64,000 nucleotides of DNA, taken from contig JBARQV010000025.1 of assembly GCA_049643885.1 (NCBI GenBank), forward strand, positions 7,382-71,381, in the 5' to 3' direction. Source of the stretch: Candidatus Omnitrophota bacterium (GTDB taxonomy: Bacteria; Omnitrophota; Gorgyraeia; Tantalellales; Tantalellaceae). The position numbers and the translations under genes were made by a program. The notes below the pieces were generated by a model. The model searched no databases and had not been told where the DNA came from. It saw only the letters and a list, made by a program, of their open reading frames with translations. This document shows positions 9,122 to 19,583 of the stretch, piece after piece. The first letter of the stretch is position 1, and every line of letters starts with the position of its first letter.

Positions 9122-11456
9122 CTTCGCTCTTCTCTATTTCCATTTCGGCTTTATTTGATAAGGAATTATCCGGATACCTCTGGATCAATTCCCGGAACGC
9201 TTCTATCGATTTCTCTTTATTACCGGCTTTGCGAAAAGTCATCCCGGCAAGGAAAAGAGCCCTGGCGCAGAGATCTTCGTCCTCATAAAGTATGGCCACC
9301 ATCATATACGTCTTGGCGGCCTCCTCGTAATCCATCATCTTTTCCTTGATGTTTGCCGTCTCAAAGCGGGCCAGAGCGCCGGTAAGGTTATCTTTATGTT
9401 TCTCCAGGGCCTTTTCCAGCAACGACAGGGCTTCCTCGTAATTACCCAGGGCGGACTTGCAGCGCCCCAATCCCAGGTAAGAACGTTCCAGGTAAGGGGA
9501 ATCCAGGCCCATATTCACCGCTTTCTGCAATTCACCGGCGGCCTTTTCCCACTCCTTAAGGCCGATATGGCTCTCGCCCATGAGATAGTAGATCTCCCCG
9601 TTGGTTTGGACTCTCGGATGTTTTTCCGTAAAATCTTCGAGGACCGTAAGGGACTTATCGAACTGGTTGTTTGAAAGAAAATATTCCGCGACCCACCTGT
9701 AAACACTTTCGGGCAGTAAGTAGTCCTTCCTTTCGGTCATCAATCCGTAATAGACCTCGGCGGCTTTCCCGTAATCGCCTTTCTGGAAATATGAATACCC
9801 TATTGCCTCGGTAGCAATATCATAAAACCTGCCTTCCTTGTCCCCCGTCAGGTTTGAATAATACTTAATAGCTTTATCCCAGTCCTGCTTACCCTGGCAA
9901 GCGCGAGCCGTCCAGTAAACGGCTGATTCCCTGACTTTCGACTCCGGAAACTCTCTCATGAATCTTTCGAAGGTCTCCACTGTCTTATCATAATTCTCAG
10001 ACTCAAGGTACAAAGTGCCCAGCTGAAAAAGGACGTTTTCCTTAAGCGGACTGGCGGAATACTTCGAAAGAAATAGATCGTAATCCGACTCGGCCTCTGT
10101 GAAACGTTTCAGGGCCATATTTTCCTGTCCCGACTTAAGAAGTATTTCCGGACTTCTGGGATCCTGGGGATATTGAACGGCGAATTTCTTGTAATACTGG
10201 ACCGCTTTTTGTTTTTTCCCGGACGCGTCATATAGCCAACCAAGCTCATACAAAGCTTCTTTCGCGAAACCCGTGCCCTTGAAGTCCTTGACTATCTTTT
10301 CAAAAACACTCGTGGCATCATTAGTCCTTTTCAACTTATCAAGCGTTTTCCCCTTTATATACAGGGCCTCATCCTTCGACTCTTTGGCGCGGCCGAGATA
10401 AGCATCAATGATCGAAAGGCATTTCCCGTAATCTCCCGATTTGTAAACAGACCAGCACCTGTTAAGCCAGGATTTAAGCCCGGCCTGGGTGCCGGGATAT
10501 TTTTCGGCCAGCTGGGCGTAGATCTCTTCTGCCTCGGCGAACTTGTCTTTATAAAAAAAGCTGTTAGCCCGCATGAAGAGAATATCCGACGTCACCGATT
10601 CATCTTTGACCCGCCGCAGAAGGTCCTCCGAGAGATCGATCACCCGGTCATATTCCCCGGCCCTATACAATGAAGAGACGAGGCCGATAGCCGCACCGTC
10701 AAAAACGCCGGACTCTTCCCCGATCTCGTCGATGATCTTTTTGTACACACCCTGAGCTTTTTTCAAATTCCCCGCCCGGAGGTAAGCATTACCGGCCCGA
10801 AGCAGGGCCTGGCCCACTATGTTCCCGGACCCGGACTGTGCCGCTTTCTGGTAAATTTCCGCGGCGCGCAGGAAGTCATTCTCTTCAAAATATATATCCC
10901 CAAGGTTCAGGTAACCGAACGGTGCGTATTCGCTGTTCCCGGATTCGGACAAAACTTTTTCAAGAAGGATCTTTGATCTTTCCATGTCCCCCCGCCTGAA
11001 ATACACGCCGGCAAGATAATATTCAGCGGCTACCCGGGGAGCTCCCGCGTCTTCCTTGCCGACCAGGGCCAGAAGAAGGACTTCTGCCTTGTCATAATCC
11101 CCAAGGAGATAATATATCTGCCCTCTCCTGAGCTCAGCGTTCCGTGCCAGGTCCCCTCCGGGGTATCTTTCGATAAAAGCGCCGTATTCCTTTAATGCCT
11201 CGTCGTATTTTTTAGCCATGAAATAACTTTCGCATACACGGTAAACCGCAAGCTCCGCGTACTGACTCTGGGGATACTTTTCAAGGAAGGTCTTATAACT
11301 TTCGACGGCCATATCATACATTCCCCTGGAAAAAAGGCCGTTGGCAAAATCGAATTCCTCGATCTCCTGACCGGCTTTTTCCTGCTGGCTGAATGAAACC
11401 GGCTGTATAAGGAAGAAACTGACCAGTAACGTAAAAACGCATCTCGCGGTCTTCAT
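9108..11456 (-). CDS. Tetratricopeptide-repeat protein with signal peptide
   Basis: Signal peptide followed by about 20 TPR-like 34-residue units (recurring A..Y/F..G.Y..A pattern). It overlaps the downstream VWA gene by 14 nt. Confidence 0.75.
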   Translation of the reverse strand: MKTARCVFTLLVSFFLIQPVSFSQQEKAGQEIEEFDFANGLFSRGMYDMAVESYKTFLEKYPQSQYAELAVYRVCESYFMAKKYDEALKEYGAFIERYPGGDLARNAELRRGQIYYLLGDYDKAEVLLLALVGKEDAGAPRVAAEYYLAGVYFRRGDMERSKILLEKVLSESGNSEYAPFGYLNLGDIYFEENDFLRAAEIYQKAAQSGSGNIVGQALLRAGNAYLRAGNLKKAQGVYKKIIDEIGEESGVFDGAAIGLVSSLYRAGEYDRVIDLSEDLLRRVKDESVTSDILFMRANSFFYKDKFAEAEEIYAQLAEKYPGTQAGLKSWLNRCWSVYKSGDYGKCLSIIDAYLGRAKESKDEALYIKGKTLDKLKRTNDATSVFEKIVKDFKGTGFAKEALYELGWLYDASGKKQKAVQYYKKFAVQYPQDPRSPEILLKSGQENMALKRFTEAESDYDLFLSKYSASPLKENVLFQLGTLYLESENYDKTVETFERFMREFPESKVRESAVYWTARACQGKQDWDKAIKYYSNLTGDKEGRFYDIATEAIGYSYFQKGDYGKAAEVYYGLMTERKDYLLPESVYRWVAEYFLSNNQFDKSLTVLEDFTEKHPRVQTNGEIYYLMGESHIGLKEWEKAAGELQKAVNMGLDSPYLERSYLGLGRCKSALGNYEEALSLLEKALEKHKDNLTGALARFETANIKEKMMDYEEAAKTYMMVAILYEDEDLCARALFLAGMTFRKAGNKEKSIEAFRELIQRYPDNSLSNKAEMEIEKSEGEKE

Positions 11457-11475
11457 ATATTCATCCTCTCGACAT

Positions 11476-11922
11476 CTATTCTGCTTCTTTTTCTTTCATG
11501 GTGGCGAAAGACACGTTCCAGATACCGACTCCCGCGCATATATCAAGGACTTTTATGACATGCTTGTGGAATGTCTCCCTGTCCGCCCTGATGATGACCG
11601 GCTGTCCTTTGTACAGTTCAGAGATCCTGTGCAGCATGCGTTCAAGCTCTTCGTACGACAATCTTCTCTGGTTCACGACCACCTGACCATCCTTGAGGAC
11701 ATTGATGATGATCTCACCGGGAGCACGTCTTATTTCCGTAGATTCCTTCGCCGTCGGAACGCTGATATCAAGTTCAGTCTCGAGCTGGTAAAAGATGGAC
11801 GCTGACATAAAGAAGATAAGAAGAAGAAAGACAATATCTATAAGCGGGGCTATCTGCAGTTTAGGGCTTTCAGTCAATGTCTGTTTCGCGTCGGAAAAAT
11901 CCATATAGACTCCTCTTTCCAA
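11476..11922 (-). CDS. exbD: Biopolymer transport protein ExbD/TolR
   Basis: Single TM (IDIVFLLLIFFM), the ExbD fold motifs and a position just downstream of exbB. Confidence 0.8.
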   Translation of the reverse strand: MERGVYMDFSDAKQTLTESPKLQIAPLIDIVFLLLIFFMSASIFYQLETELDISVPTAKESTEIRRAPGEIIINVLKDGQVVVNQRRLSYEELERMLHRISELYKGQPVIIRADRETFHKHVIKVLDICAGVGIWNVSFATMKEKEAE

Positions 11923-11924
11923 AG

Positions 11925-12674
11925 CTATATCTTATCACTTATCAGGTGGAACAGTTCAGTGGAAATATTTTCAAGCTGCGAAGTTATGTTCTGGATCTTT
12001 CCCCTGAAATAAGAATAGAATATCATGGCCGGTATGGCAATGATCAATCCGGTAGCGGTAGTGACCATGGCTTTGGAAATACCGCCTGCCAGGAGTATGG
12101 GTTTTACGGCTCCCGTCTGGAAAGCGATGACGTTAAAGGCCTGGATCATGCCCAGGACGGTCCCTAATAGGCCTACCATCGGTGATATCACAGCCACGTC
12201 TGCCAGATAACTCAATTTCTGGGTCATGTCCCCCACGATCCTTCTGCCTTTATCCAGCATGGCTTCTTCGATAACGTCTTTCCCGCGGGTCACCCGGTTA
12301 AAACCGGCGATGACGACCTCGGATATAAGATTGGGGTTATCTTCGCACAGTTTGGACGCGTCCTGGTATCTGTTCTCTTTTATAAGGGAGGTCGTTTCGT
12401 CCAGGAAGTCTTCAGGCATAAGCTTTTTTGGATCAAAGGTAAGAAAATAGTAAATAATAAGGCTTAGAGCGGCCACTGACAAGAATGCCAGTACGATCAT
12501 GACCTCGCCGCCGGCCTTTATGATCTGCCAAAGGGTCATGCCTTCCTCCGCGGCATCTACGTCCGGGATATATTCCTCGATCTTCTCCTGACATACCACC
12601 GGAGGAGCAAAAACCGCCGGAACGGCGAGCGTCAGGATGACGATTAGAAGGATACATTTTATATTCTTGAACAT
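11925..12674 (-). CDS. exbB: MotA/TolQ/ExbB proton-channel protein
   Basis: Conserved C-terminal TM pair ISPMVGLLGTVLGMIQAF ... GGISKAMVTTATGLIIAIPAMIFY. Confidence 0.8.
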   Translation of the reverse strand: MFKNIKCILLIVILTLAVPAVFAPPVVCQEKIEEYIPDVDAAEEGMTLWQIIKAGGEVMIVLAFLSVAALSLIIYYFLTFDPKKLMPEDFLDETTSLIKENRYQDASKLCEDNPNLISEVVIAGFNRVTRGKDVIEEAMLDKGRRIVGDMTQKLSYLADVAVISPMVGLLGTVLGMIQAFNVIAFQTGAVKPILLAGGISKAMVTTATGLIIAIPAMIFYSYFRGKIQNITSQLENISTELFHLISDKI

Positions 12675-12727
12675 TTCCTTACCTCCTGCCTTAAATTGAA
12701 AAAATAATCCCTGGAAGGTGTTATTGC

Positions 12728-13069
12728 CTAATAGCTGCAGCTCGAGCTGATATACTTTATCAGCCTGGCCTTGTCGGTGCGGTTAAGGTTCGTCAGTCTC
12801 ATCCCGGCCCGATAATAATTATCGTTATTCATGTCCTCCGAGACCCAGGTCACTTGTCCCGTAACAAAAAGAGGTATGTCATCCCCGGGAATATTCAGTT
12901 CCAGGTGCAGCTTATCTGCCTTGTTCATTTTCTCGTTGGTGATTATACCTATGCCGCTACCGGAAATGTCGTTGATCCTTACCCTCATGTTGTCGTATTC
13001 ACAGCTTTCACAGCATATCGGAGCCAAATAGACGCCGTATCTCTTGTATTCTCTTTTATCTTCCATCAT
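12728..13069 (-). CDS. PilZ-domain protein (c-di-GMP binding)
   Basis: RxxxR (REYKRY) and D-x-S-x-x-G (DISGSGIG) motifs, characteristic of PilZ. Confidence 0.6.
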   Translation of the reverse strand: MMEDKREYKRYGVYLAPICCESCEYDNMRVRINDISGSGIGIITNEKMNKADKLHLELNIPGDDIPLFVTGQVTWVSEDMNNDNYYRAGMRLTNLNRTDKARLIKYISSSCSY

Positions 13070-13108
13070 TGTCCACTCCCGTTAATAACTATGAGTATTA
13101 TACCACTT

Positions 13109-13819
13109 TCAAGGAAAAATAAGAAGGCCTCCGGCGTCATAAAGAGGCAGCCCGGGAAGATCGATATACTTGACCCCATGCTCTCTCATGAAATCTGTGA
13201 TCATGTCAGCCTGCGGATGACGACCTATATCTCCCAGGATCAAAACCCTTCCATCCGGTAGTTTGCCGCCGGCGCCTCCAAGAAAACCGTATTTCTCTCC
13301 GGACAAGAGGACCGAGCCCGGTAAAACCTGGAGGACATCCAGCCCTTCAGGCACGGCGGCTGTTGCTATGGAAGCATCAGATGTCACCAGGGCGGCCTCG
13401 CTTATCTTCAGAACGGAACACCTCGCGTACCCCTGGGCCGCATTGACTGCCTTTATCCCGTTCTCGCGGGCTTTTTTCAGGATCATACGGTCGGTATATT
13501 CCAGATTATGGATCAAGACCTTTCCTATCCGGACAGCGTTATATTTAACAGTGTGCGGATACAGGCCGAAAGGCTCGCTTCTTCCTTTAATAAGATGGGC
13601 ACCTGACTTTCTTAATATCTCGATCTTCCCATCAGGCAGATCAGGTGAATGGATCAGGGTATTATCATCCAGCTGGAAGAAATAGATATCCGGATGGCAT
13701 GATATTGACTCATACACCCGGTCAGGTCCGTCGAACGGATAAAGTTGGACAGAGGGAAGCCTTGCTTTCAAGGCCTCCTTATATTCGAGAGGCAATCTCT
13801 TATCATGGATAATGATCAT
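13109..13819 (-). CDS. Hypothetical protein (about 237 aa)
   Basis: ORF trimmed to the internal Met (MIIIHDKRL...). Its ATG overlaps the TGA of the upstream radical-SAM gene (ATGA, translational coupling). The longer N-terminal extension in the ORF track is Arg/Gly-rich read-through of the upstream gene. Confidence 0.5.
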   Translation of the reverse strand: MIIIHDKRLPLEYKEALKARLPSVQLYPFDGPDRVYESISCHPDIYFFQLDDNTLIHSPDLPDGKIEILRKSGAHLIKGRSEPFGLYPHTVKYNAVRIGKVLIHNLEYTDRMILKKARENGIKAVNAAQGYARCSVLKISEAALVTSDASIATAAVPEGLDVLQVLPGSVLLSGEKYGFLGGAGGKLPDGRVLILGDIGRHPQADMITDFMREHGVKYIDLPGLPLYDAGGLLIFP

Positions 13820-14637
13820 AAACTGAGCGCCCTTTCTCGCGCTTTTTGGCCAAATGCGGGGTGAAAAGGCCCAGCCAGGCATTCGTCCCCGGAAAGCAGC
13901 CCTTCCGAAGGATGCAAACCGCAACGTATGACCTTGATGCCGTTTGACTCGAAATACAGAATAAGCTTCGCCGCGCGTTCGACCGCCTCGCTCTCCTCCA
14001 GGGGCTGGTACTCTCCCCTTGACCATAGATCGGCAAGTTCAGTCCCCTTTATGACTATAACAGGGTAGATCCTTACCTGGCTTGCGCCTAGCTGTTGTAT
14101 TCTCCTGGCCGTGTAAAGCTCTTCATCTAAACCGCTGTAAGGCAGCCCCAGCATCATCTGGTGCCCGAGATCAAGGCTTCCCTGTAGGATCACGCGCGAC
14201 GCCCGTTCCACGTCCTTTTCCGTATGCCCCCGCTTAGCTGCAGCCAGGACCCTGTCCGACATCGATTGGACACCCAGCTCTACGCGCGTAACTCCGTGTT
14301 TTTTTAAAAAAGATACGATCTCTTCGCTTATAAGGTCCGGCCTTGTCGATAACCTTATGCCCTGTACACGGCCGCCTTTTAAAAATCTTGATGCCGGCCT
14401 CAGATAACCTTCCTGTTCTTTTTGGGAAAGCCCGGTAAAACTTCCGCCGTAAAAACCTATTTCTATACGCGTTCCTTCCGAAGGAATGGTGGAGAGATAT
14501 TGTTCTACTTTGACGGGAATATCACACGGATCCGGCATACTTGCGCCGGTTATCCTCTTTTGGTCGCAGAAAATACACTTGTGCGGACACCCCTTATGGG
14601 GTATGAAAAACGGTATTATATAGTGTTTTTTAGCCAT
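13816..14637 (-). CDS. Radical SAM protein (TIGR01212/ELP3-like family)
   Basis: CPHKCIFCDQ, a CxxxCxxC Fe-S motif, near the N-terminus, then GGSFT and a TIM-barrel-like remainder. Confidence 0.8.
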   Translation of the reverse strand: MAKKHYIIPFFIPHKGCPHKCIFCDQKRITGASMPDPCDIPVKVEQYLSTIPSEGTRIEIGFYGGSFTGLSQKEQEGYLRPASRFLKGGRVQGIRLSTRPDLISEEIVSFLKKHGVTRVELGVQSMSDRVLAAAKRGHTEKDVERASRVILQGSLDLGHQMMLGLPYSGLDEELYTARRIQQLGASQVRIYPVIVIKGTELADLWSRGEYQPLEESEAVERAAKLILYFESNGIKVIRCGLHPSEGLLSGDECLAGPFHPAFGQKARERALSL

Positions 14638-14691
14638 GAAATCAGCCCACGTTAAATCAGGTAGCGGATACTTCCGCTCGAATGCAAGCTG

Positions 14692-14771
14692 TATAGTGCA
14701 GCATATTCCCTACCAGGGCCCCTCCGCCCGGTGTGGATCCTCCCTGTACGGGAACATACTGCACTATGCTC
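14692..14771. repeat. Palindromic REP/MITE-like element, family B (copy B1)
   Basis: atagtgcagcatattccc-taccagggcccctccgcccggtgtggatcctccctgtac-gggaacatactgcactat. The outer 18-20 bp are inverted repeats, and the core is shared with copies at 29163-29244 and, inverted, 28240-28386. Confidence 0.7.
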
Positions 14772-14790
14772 TTTGCCCTACGTGCTTGTG

Positions 14791-15381
14791 CTACTTCTCC
14801 ACGTAGTCCAATATATCCAGCCCGATCTCCCCGAATAATTCCCTGAGCTTCATCATCGGAAGCCCCAGGATATTGAAATAAGAACCTTTTATGCTGTCAA
14901 AGAGAAGCGCCCCTATCCCCTCTATGGAAAAACCTCCTGCCTTATCGTACGGGCCCAGGAGAAGGAAATATCTCTCGACCTCTTCATCTGTCAGCGAAGC
15001 GACTTCCAGGCTGCTTTTCTCAAAACCGGCAGCTTTTCTGCCCGTGGATGTATCTATTACGCATAGGCCCGTGTATACTTCGACATCTGTGCCGGAAAAC
15101 CTCTTCAGCATATTGCGTGCCGCGTCCTCATCGCCGGGTTTGCCCAGGATATCCTCGTCATGAGCCACAAGAGTATCCGCCCCGATGACGATCGAATCTT
15201 CCGCCCCGGAAGCTATCGTTTCCGCCTTTACCCTTGCGTTCTCCTCGACGATCTCGTGCACGGCCTTTTTCTCGTCCAGGATCTCTTCCGCGCCGCTTAT
15301 TGAGATCTTATGCGGGATACCGCACGAGAAAAGTATCTGCGATCTCCTTTTAGACGCTGAAGCCAGTACGATCTCTCTCAT
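14791..15381 (-). CDS. maf: Maf-like nucleoside triphosphate pyrophosphatase
   Basis: N-terminal ILASASKRR and the Maf/Ham1 fold motifs. Confidence 0.85.
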   Translation of the reverse strand: MREIVLASASKRRSQILFSCGIPHKISISGAEEILDEKKAVHEIVEENARVKAETIASGAEDSIVIGADTLVAHDEDILGKPGDEDAARNMLKRFSGTDVEVYTGLCVIDTSTGRKAAGFEKSSLEVASLTDEEVERYFLLLGPYDKAGGFSIEGIGALLFDSIKGSYFNILGLPMMKLRELFGEIGLDILDYVEK

Positions 15382-15439
15382 TGTGCCTCCTCTACAGGCT
15401 TCCGCCTGTAGTATCCATTCCCCACACGGAAGTGTGGGG

Positions 15440-15925
15440 TCAAACTCCCAGCTTTTTTCTGTACTCTTCTGTTATTTGCTTCTTCAAATCTCGACTTATA
15501 TTTTTGCTCTCTTCTTTCTCTTGTCTTTTCTTTTTCTTCTTGCCCGCGAGTTCCCTGACGTCAAGGATCGCCGCTCCATAAGCCCTGGCATTGTTCCTCA
15601 CATAATTATCGTTCGAAGCGAGAACGACCCTTCCTTTCACGGAAAATCTTTTTACCGTTTCTATTATCTTATCGTCGCCTTTCCCTGATCCCGAAAATAT
15701 CTGGCCTCCCCCTTTCGGGATGCCGGATCTTTCCACCCTGCGGTATTTATCAAGACCATCGAACACCACACAAACGTCATCTATATATCCGCTTGAACGG
15801 GCATATTCCTCGCCCGCCAGGATTATCGCCCTGCGCGCCGACCGGAGGTCCTTTTTGAGCTCCTTCCGTGTAGCAGGTATGGCATTTATAGCGTTATAAC
15901 CGTCAATTACAAGCGTTGTAACCAT
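15440..15925 (-). CDS. NYN/YacP-like PIN-domain ribonuclease
   Basis: LVIDGYN ... VVFDG ... KGRVVLASNDNYV resembles the YacP (Rae1) NYN domain. It has a Lys-rich C-terminal tail. Confidence 0.65.
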   Translation of the reverse strand: MVTTLVIDGYNAINAIPATRKELKKDLRSARRAIILAGEEYARSSGYIDDVCVVFDGLDKYRRVERSGIPKGGGQIFSGSGKGDDKIIETVKRFSVKGRVVLASNDNYVRNNARAYGAAILDVRELAGKKKKKRQEKEESKNISRDLKKQITEEYRKKLGV

Positions 15926-15941
15926 AATGTTATTATATCAT

Positions 15942-16259
15942 TTATTCCTTCTTTATGCGGATGTACATCTTTTTTACTACCCTGCCGAAAACATCGTTGA
16001 CCACTTCTTGTCTGACGTAATAGTAAATATTCTTGCCCTCTTTACGGGTGGCTACAAGGTCGCACTCCCTTAAAATATGAAGATGGTGGGAAACAGTAGG
16101 CTGCGTAACATTGAACTCGCTGCATATATCTGTAACGTTCATCTCATCCTCGGACAAAAGTTCCATAATATCCTGCCTGGTCTTGTCCGCGAGCGCCTTG
16201 AATATCTTTACAAGATCATACGCTGCCATGTCTTTTCCTCCCACCTTTTGGGCAGACAC
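15942..16259 (-). CDS. ArsR/SmtB-family winged-HTH transcriptional regulator
   Basis: ALADKTRQDIMELL...MNVTDICSEFNVTQPTVSHHLHILRECDLV matches the ArsR HTH signature. Confidence 0.75.
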   Translation of the reverse strand: MSAQKVGGKDMAAYDLVKIFKALADKTRQDIMELLSEDEMNVTDICSEFNVTQPTVSHHLHILRECDLVATRKEGKNIYYYVRQEVVNDVFGRVVKKMYIRIKKE

Positions 16260-16272
16260 AGGGGGTCTGCCC

Positions 16273-16968
16273 CTATTTGATCTTTATGGTGACTACCAGG
16301 TCACCTTTATGCCTGCAGCATGGACATTCATTCCCCTGCCCCCGCAGCCTCATCTTCTGTCCTTGTTTTGTCCCGGGCGGTATTTTTAGGGTTATGTTCT
16401 TGCCGCTTGAAAGCCTGAACTTCGCTTCCCCTCCTTTTTCCGCGAGTTTTACCGGGATCGGCAGCTCCGCGGTGATATCGGTATCGACCTCGCTTGCTGC
16501 ATACTCTCTGTCTCCCCGGAGTCCGCCTCCTGTCGAATAATAGAACGTACGCGTCCCGCCGGACCGCCCAGAACCGGAGAATATGTCTCCGAAAAGGCCG
16601 TCAAATGAGGATCCTGAGGAAAAGCCCCCGGAAAACTGCTTCAGAAAATCGGAAAAATCAAATCCTTGAGCAGAAGAAAAATCCCCGGTATAAGCACCCA
16701 TCCTCCGGAGATTATCGTATTCCTTGCGGCGCTTTTCGTCGCCCAGGGTATAATAGGCCGCGGAGATCTCTTTGAACTTCTCTTCCGCCTTTTTATCGTC
16801 CGGGTTTTTATCAGGGTGATATTTAAGGGCCTGCTTCCGGTAAGCCTTTTTGATCTCTTCAGCGCCGGCGCCTTCTTTTACGCCAAGAATGTCATAATAA
16901 TCTTTATTCGCCATCACTGCCCCCTTGACCTTTTGTCTTGAAGAAGAACGTTTCTTTCTTTTCGTCAT
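16273..16968 (-). CDS. J-domain protein (DnaJ/CbpA-like co-chaperone, no zinc-finger domain)
   Basis: J-domain DYYDILGV...[13 protein letters not shown] with the HPD motif, then a Gly/Phe/Ser-rich linker. Confidence 0.75.
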   Translation of the reverse strand: MTKRKKRSSSRQKVKGAVMANKDYYDILGVKEGAGAEEIKKAYRKQALKYHPDKNPDDKKAEEKFKEISAAYYTLGDEKRRKEYDNLRRMGAYTGDFSSAQGFDFSDFLKQFSGGFSSGSSFDGLFGDIFSGSGRSGGTRTFYYSTGGGLRGDREYAASEVDTDITAELPIPVKLAEKGGEAKFRLSSGKNITLKIPPGTKQGQKMRLRGQGNECPCCRHKGDLVVTIKIK

Positions 16969-19456
16969 AATCGACCAGAACTTTCGCTCCTTCTGATATG
17001 CGTCCCTGGAGAAGCTCCAGCGCCAGTTTGTCCTGTATCTCCTTCTGTATCAAGCGCTTTAAGGGACGGGCACCGTAATCTGGGTCGTATCCCTTTGCGG
17101 CAAGTTCTTTCTTGGCCTTGCCGGAAATAGACAAAGTGATATTCTTTTCTTCCAGGCGCTTTTTGACCGTGTCCAGCTCAAGATCCACTATTCTTTCCAT
17201 ATCCTCCCTGGTCAGGCGGTTAAAGACTATCGTCTCGTCGAGCCGGTTCAAAAACTCCGGCCGGAAATGGCCCTTCAGGTCCTCCGTGCTTCCGATATTC
17301 GAGGTCATGATTATAAGAGTATTTTTGAAACTTACTACGTGGCCCTGGTTATCCGTGAGCCTGCCGTCATCCATGATCTGCAGAAGTATGTTGAACACAT
17401 CATGATGGGCCTTCTCGACCTCGTCCAGTAATATGACGCTGTACGGCCTTCGCCGTATCTTTTCCGTGAGCTGACCGCCTTCTTCATAACCGACATAACC
17501 GGGAGGCGCGCCGATAAGACGGGACACCGCGTGTTTTTCCATGTATTCCGACATGTCTATTCTTACCATCGCTTCCGGGTCATCGAACAAAAACCAGGCC
17601 AGGGTCTTGGCCATGTGAGTCTTGCCCACGCCGGTCGGCCCCAGAAACAAGAAAGAACCCATAGGCCGGTTAGGGTCGCTCATCCCACTCCTTGACCTTC
17701 TTACGGCGTTAGAGATCAGGTTGACCGCGTGGTCCTGCCCCACGATCCTTTCTTCGAGCACCTTTTCCATATTGACAAGCTTGTCGATCTCCGACTCCAT
17801 TAGTTTGGCCACGGGTATTCCTGTCCACTGGGACACTATCTTGGCTATATCCTCTTCGTCGACCTCCTCCTTCAGCATCTTCTTCTCTTTCTGGACGTCC
17901 TGAAGAGCCTTGCTCTCTTCATCGAGTTTCTTCCGCAGCTGCGTTTGTATCCCGTAACGGATCTCCGATACCTTGGCCAGATCACCCTCTTTTTCGGCGT
18001 TGGCTTCCTCTATTTTCGCCTTGTCTATTTCTTCCTTGGTCTGGCGTATTTTACCGATGACATCCTTTTCCTTATCCCAGTGTTTTTTCATGTCCTGAAG
18101 TTCGGCCCGCAACTTCTTGAGCTCTTCGTCGACCGCTTCCAGTTTGCTTTTCCCGGAAGGGCTGCCGGCTTCCTTCTTCAGGGCCTGTTTCTGGATCTCG
18201 ATCTGCATTATTTTCCTCTGGACCTGGTCTATTTCGGTAGGCATGCTGTCTATCTCGATCCGCAGTTTCGAAGCCGCCTCATCCATCAGGTCTACCGCTT
18301 TATCAGGCAAGAACCTGCCGGTGATATAGCGGTCGGAGAATATGGCCGCGGCTATGATCGCGCTGTCAGATATCCTTACCCCGTGATGAACCTCATATTT
18401 TTCTTTGAGGCCCCGCAATATGGCAATGGTATCTTCGATCGAAGGCTCCCCGACAAATATCTGCTGGAAACGCCTCTCCAGGGCCTTGTCCTTCTCTATA
18501 TACTTGCGGTATTCATCCAGGGTAGTCGCTCCGATACATCTGAGCTCGCCGCGTGCCAGCGCGGGTTTAAGCATATTAGAAGCGTCCACCGCCCCTTCGG
18601 CGCCTCCCACTCCCACAAGAACATGAAGCTCATCTATAAACAGGATTATCTGCCCTTCTTTTTCCCGGATCTCCTTGAGGACAGCCTTGAGCCTGTCCTC
18701 GAACTCTCCCCTGAACTTCGTCCCGGCCACCAAAGCTCCCAGATCCAGAGCGATAACCCTCTTGTTCTTGAGGCCGCCGGGAACATCCCCGGAAGATATT
18801 CTCTGGGCAAGCCCCTCGACGATGGCAGTCTTGCCTGTTCCGGGATCACCTATAAGAACAGGATTGTTCTTTGTCCTCCGTGAAAGGACATGGATCAGCC
18901 TTCTTATCTCCTCGTCGCGGCCTATTACCGGATCCAGTTTACCGAGGTCGGCGAGTTCAACCAGGTCCCTCCCGTATTTTTCAAGAGGCTGGTATTTATC
19001 TTCCGGCGTCTCGTCGGTAACCCTCTGGCCTCCTCTTACCTCCTTGAGGACACGGAGAATACCATCCCTTGTTATATCGCGCCCCTTAAGGACGTCGAGC
19101 GCACCTTCCTCGACCGCAGCGAGGAGAAGGTGTTCCACGCTTATGTACTCGTCTTTGAGATGCCTGGCTTCCTTCTCCGCCCTGGCAAGAAGTTTGTTAA
19201 GTCCTACTGACAAATACGGCTGGACCGCGGCCCCGCTCACCTTGGGCTTTCTTTCAAGTTCTTCGTCAAGGGCCTTCCTCAGGCTGCTTGTGTCAAGGCC
19301 TAGTCTTTTCAATAGATCGGTGAAAAAGCCTTCTTCTCCCAAGAGAATATAGAAAAGATGCTCTACATCGACCTCCTGATGGCCACGGCTGACGGCCTCG
19401 GTAATGGCTCCCCTGAGTGCCTCTTGCGCTTTAAGGGTCAATTTGTCAGGTTTCAT
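16904..19456 (-). CDS. clpB: ClpB disaggregase (AAA+ chaperone)
   Basis: Two AAA+ modules (GDPGTGKT and GPTGVGKT) and a long coiled-coil M-domain between them. Start set to MKPDKLT (19456), which is preceded by AGGAGCGTGATCAAG-ATG; the 11 upstream codons in the ORF track are read-through. Confidence 0.9.
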   Translation of the reverse strand: MKPDKLTLKAQEALRGAITEAVSRGHQEVDVEHLFYILLGEEGFFTDLLKRLGLDTSSLRKALDEELERKPKVSGAAVQPYLSVGLNKLLARAEKEARHLKDEYISVEHLLLAAVEEGALDVLKGRDITRDGILRVLKEVRGGQRVTDETPEDKYQPLEKYGRDLVELADLGKLDPVIGRDEEIRRLIHVLSRRTKNNPVLIGDPGTGKTAIVEGLAQRISSGDVPGGLKNKRVIALDLGALVAGTKFRGEFEDRLKAVLKEIREKEGQIILFIDELHVLVGVGGAEGAVDASNMLKPALARGELRCIGATTLDEYRKYIEKDKALERRFQQIFVGEPSIEDTIAILRGLKEKYEVHHGVRISDSAIIAAAIFSDRYITGRFLPDKAVDLMDEAASKLRIEIDSMPTEIDQVQRKIMQIEIQKQALKKEAGSPSGKSKLEAVDEELKKLRAELQDMKKHWDKEKDVIGKIRQTKEEIDKAKIEEANAEKEGDLAKVSEIRYGIQTQLRKKLDEESKALQDVQKEKKMLKEEVDEEDIAKIVSQWTGIPVAKLMESEIDKLVNMEKVLEERIVGQDHAVNLISNAVRRSRSGMSDPNRPMGSFLFLGPTGVGKTHMAKTLAWFLFDDPEAMVRIDMSEYMEKHAVSRLIGAPPGYVGYEEGGQLTEKIRRRPYSVILLDEVEKAHHDVFNILLQIMDDGRLTDNQGHVVSFKNTLIIMTSNIGSTEDLKGHFRPEFLNRLDETIVFNRLTREDMERIVDLELDTVKKRLEEKNITLSISGKAKKELAAKGYDPDYGARPLKRLIQKEIQDKLALELLQGRISEGAKVLVDYDEKKETFFFKTKGQGGSDGE

Positions 19457-19531
19457 CTTGATCACGCTCCTATATAGATAGTTCAGCAAAGCATAGACAT
19501 ATTTACATATTTATATCTATCTATATGTTAC

Positions 19532-19562
19532 ACTAAAAAAGGCTTAAAATCAAGCCCTTTTT
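19532..19562. terminator. Bidirectional rho-independent terminator
   Basis: aaaaaaGGCTTaaaatcAAGCCCtttttt. The stem is flanked by an A-run and a T-run, so it works on either strand. It sits between the lipoprotein gene end (19584) and the clpB start. Confidence 0.5.
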
Positions 19563-19583
19563 TAGTGAATTTATCCGGTAGGA

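Noticed and set aside
13820-14026. N-terminal 69-codon extension of ORF 13109-14026 (MVKGRVPAPGGERGGRTRGE...)
   Set aside because: It overlaps the radical-SAM gene in another frame and is Arg/Gly-rich with no start context. The internal ATG at 13819 forms an ATGA overlap with the upstream stop and is the plausible start.
15382-15439. Two perfect hairpins (ctacaggcttccgcctgtag; ccccacacggaagtgtgggg) between the NYN gene and maf, considered as a rho-independent terminator
   Set aside because: Neither stem is followed by a U-run on the minus strand. They may be REP-like or a processing site, but I cannot call a terminator with confidence. No second copy was seen in the window.
17945-18883. 312-aa plus-strand ORF and the other plus ORFs inside 16904-19489
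   Set aside because: They are antisense to clpB, whose two AAA+ modules are unmistakable. No RBS and no domain signal.
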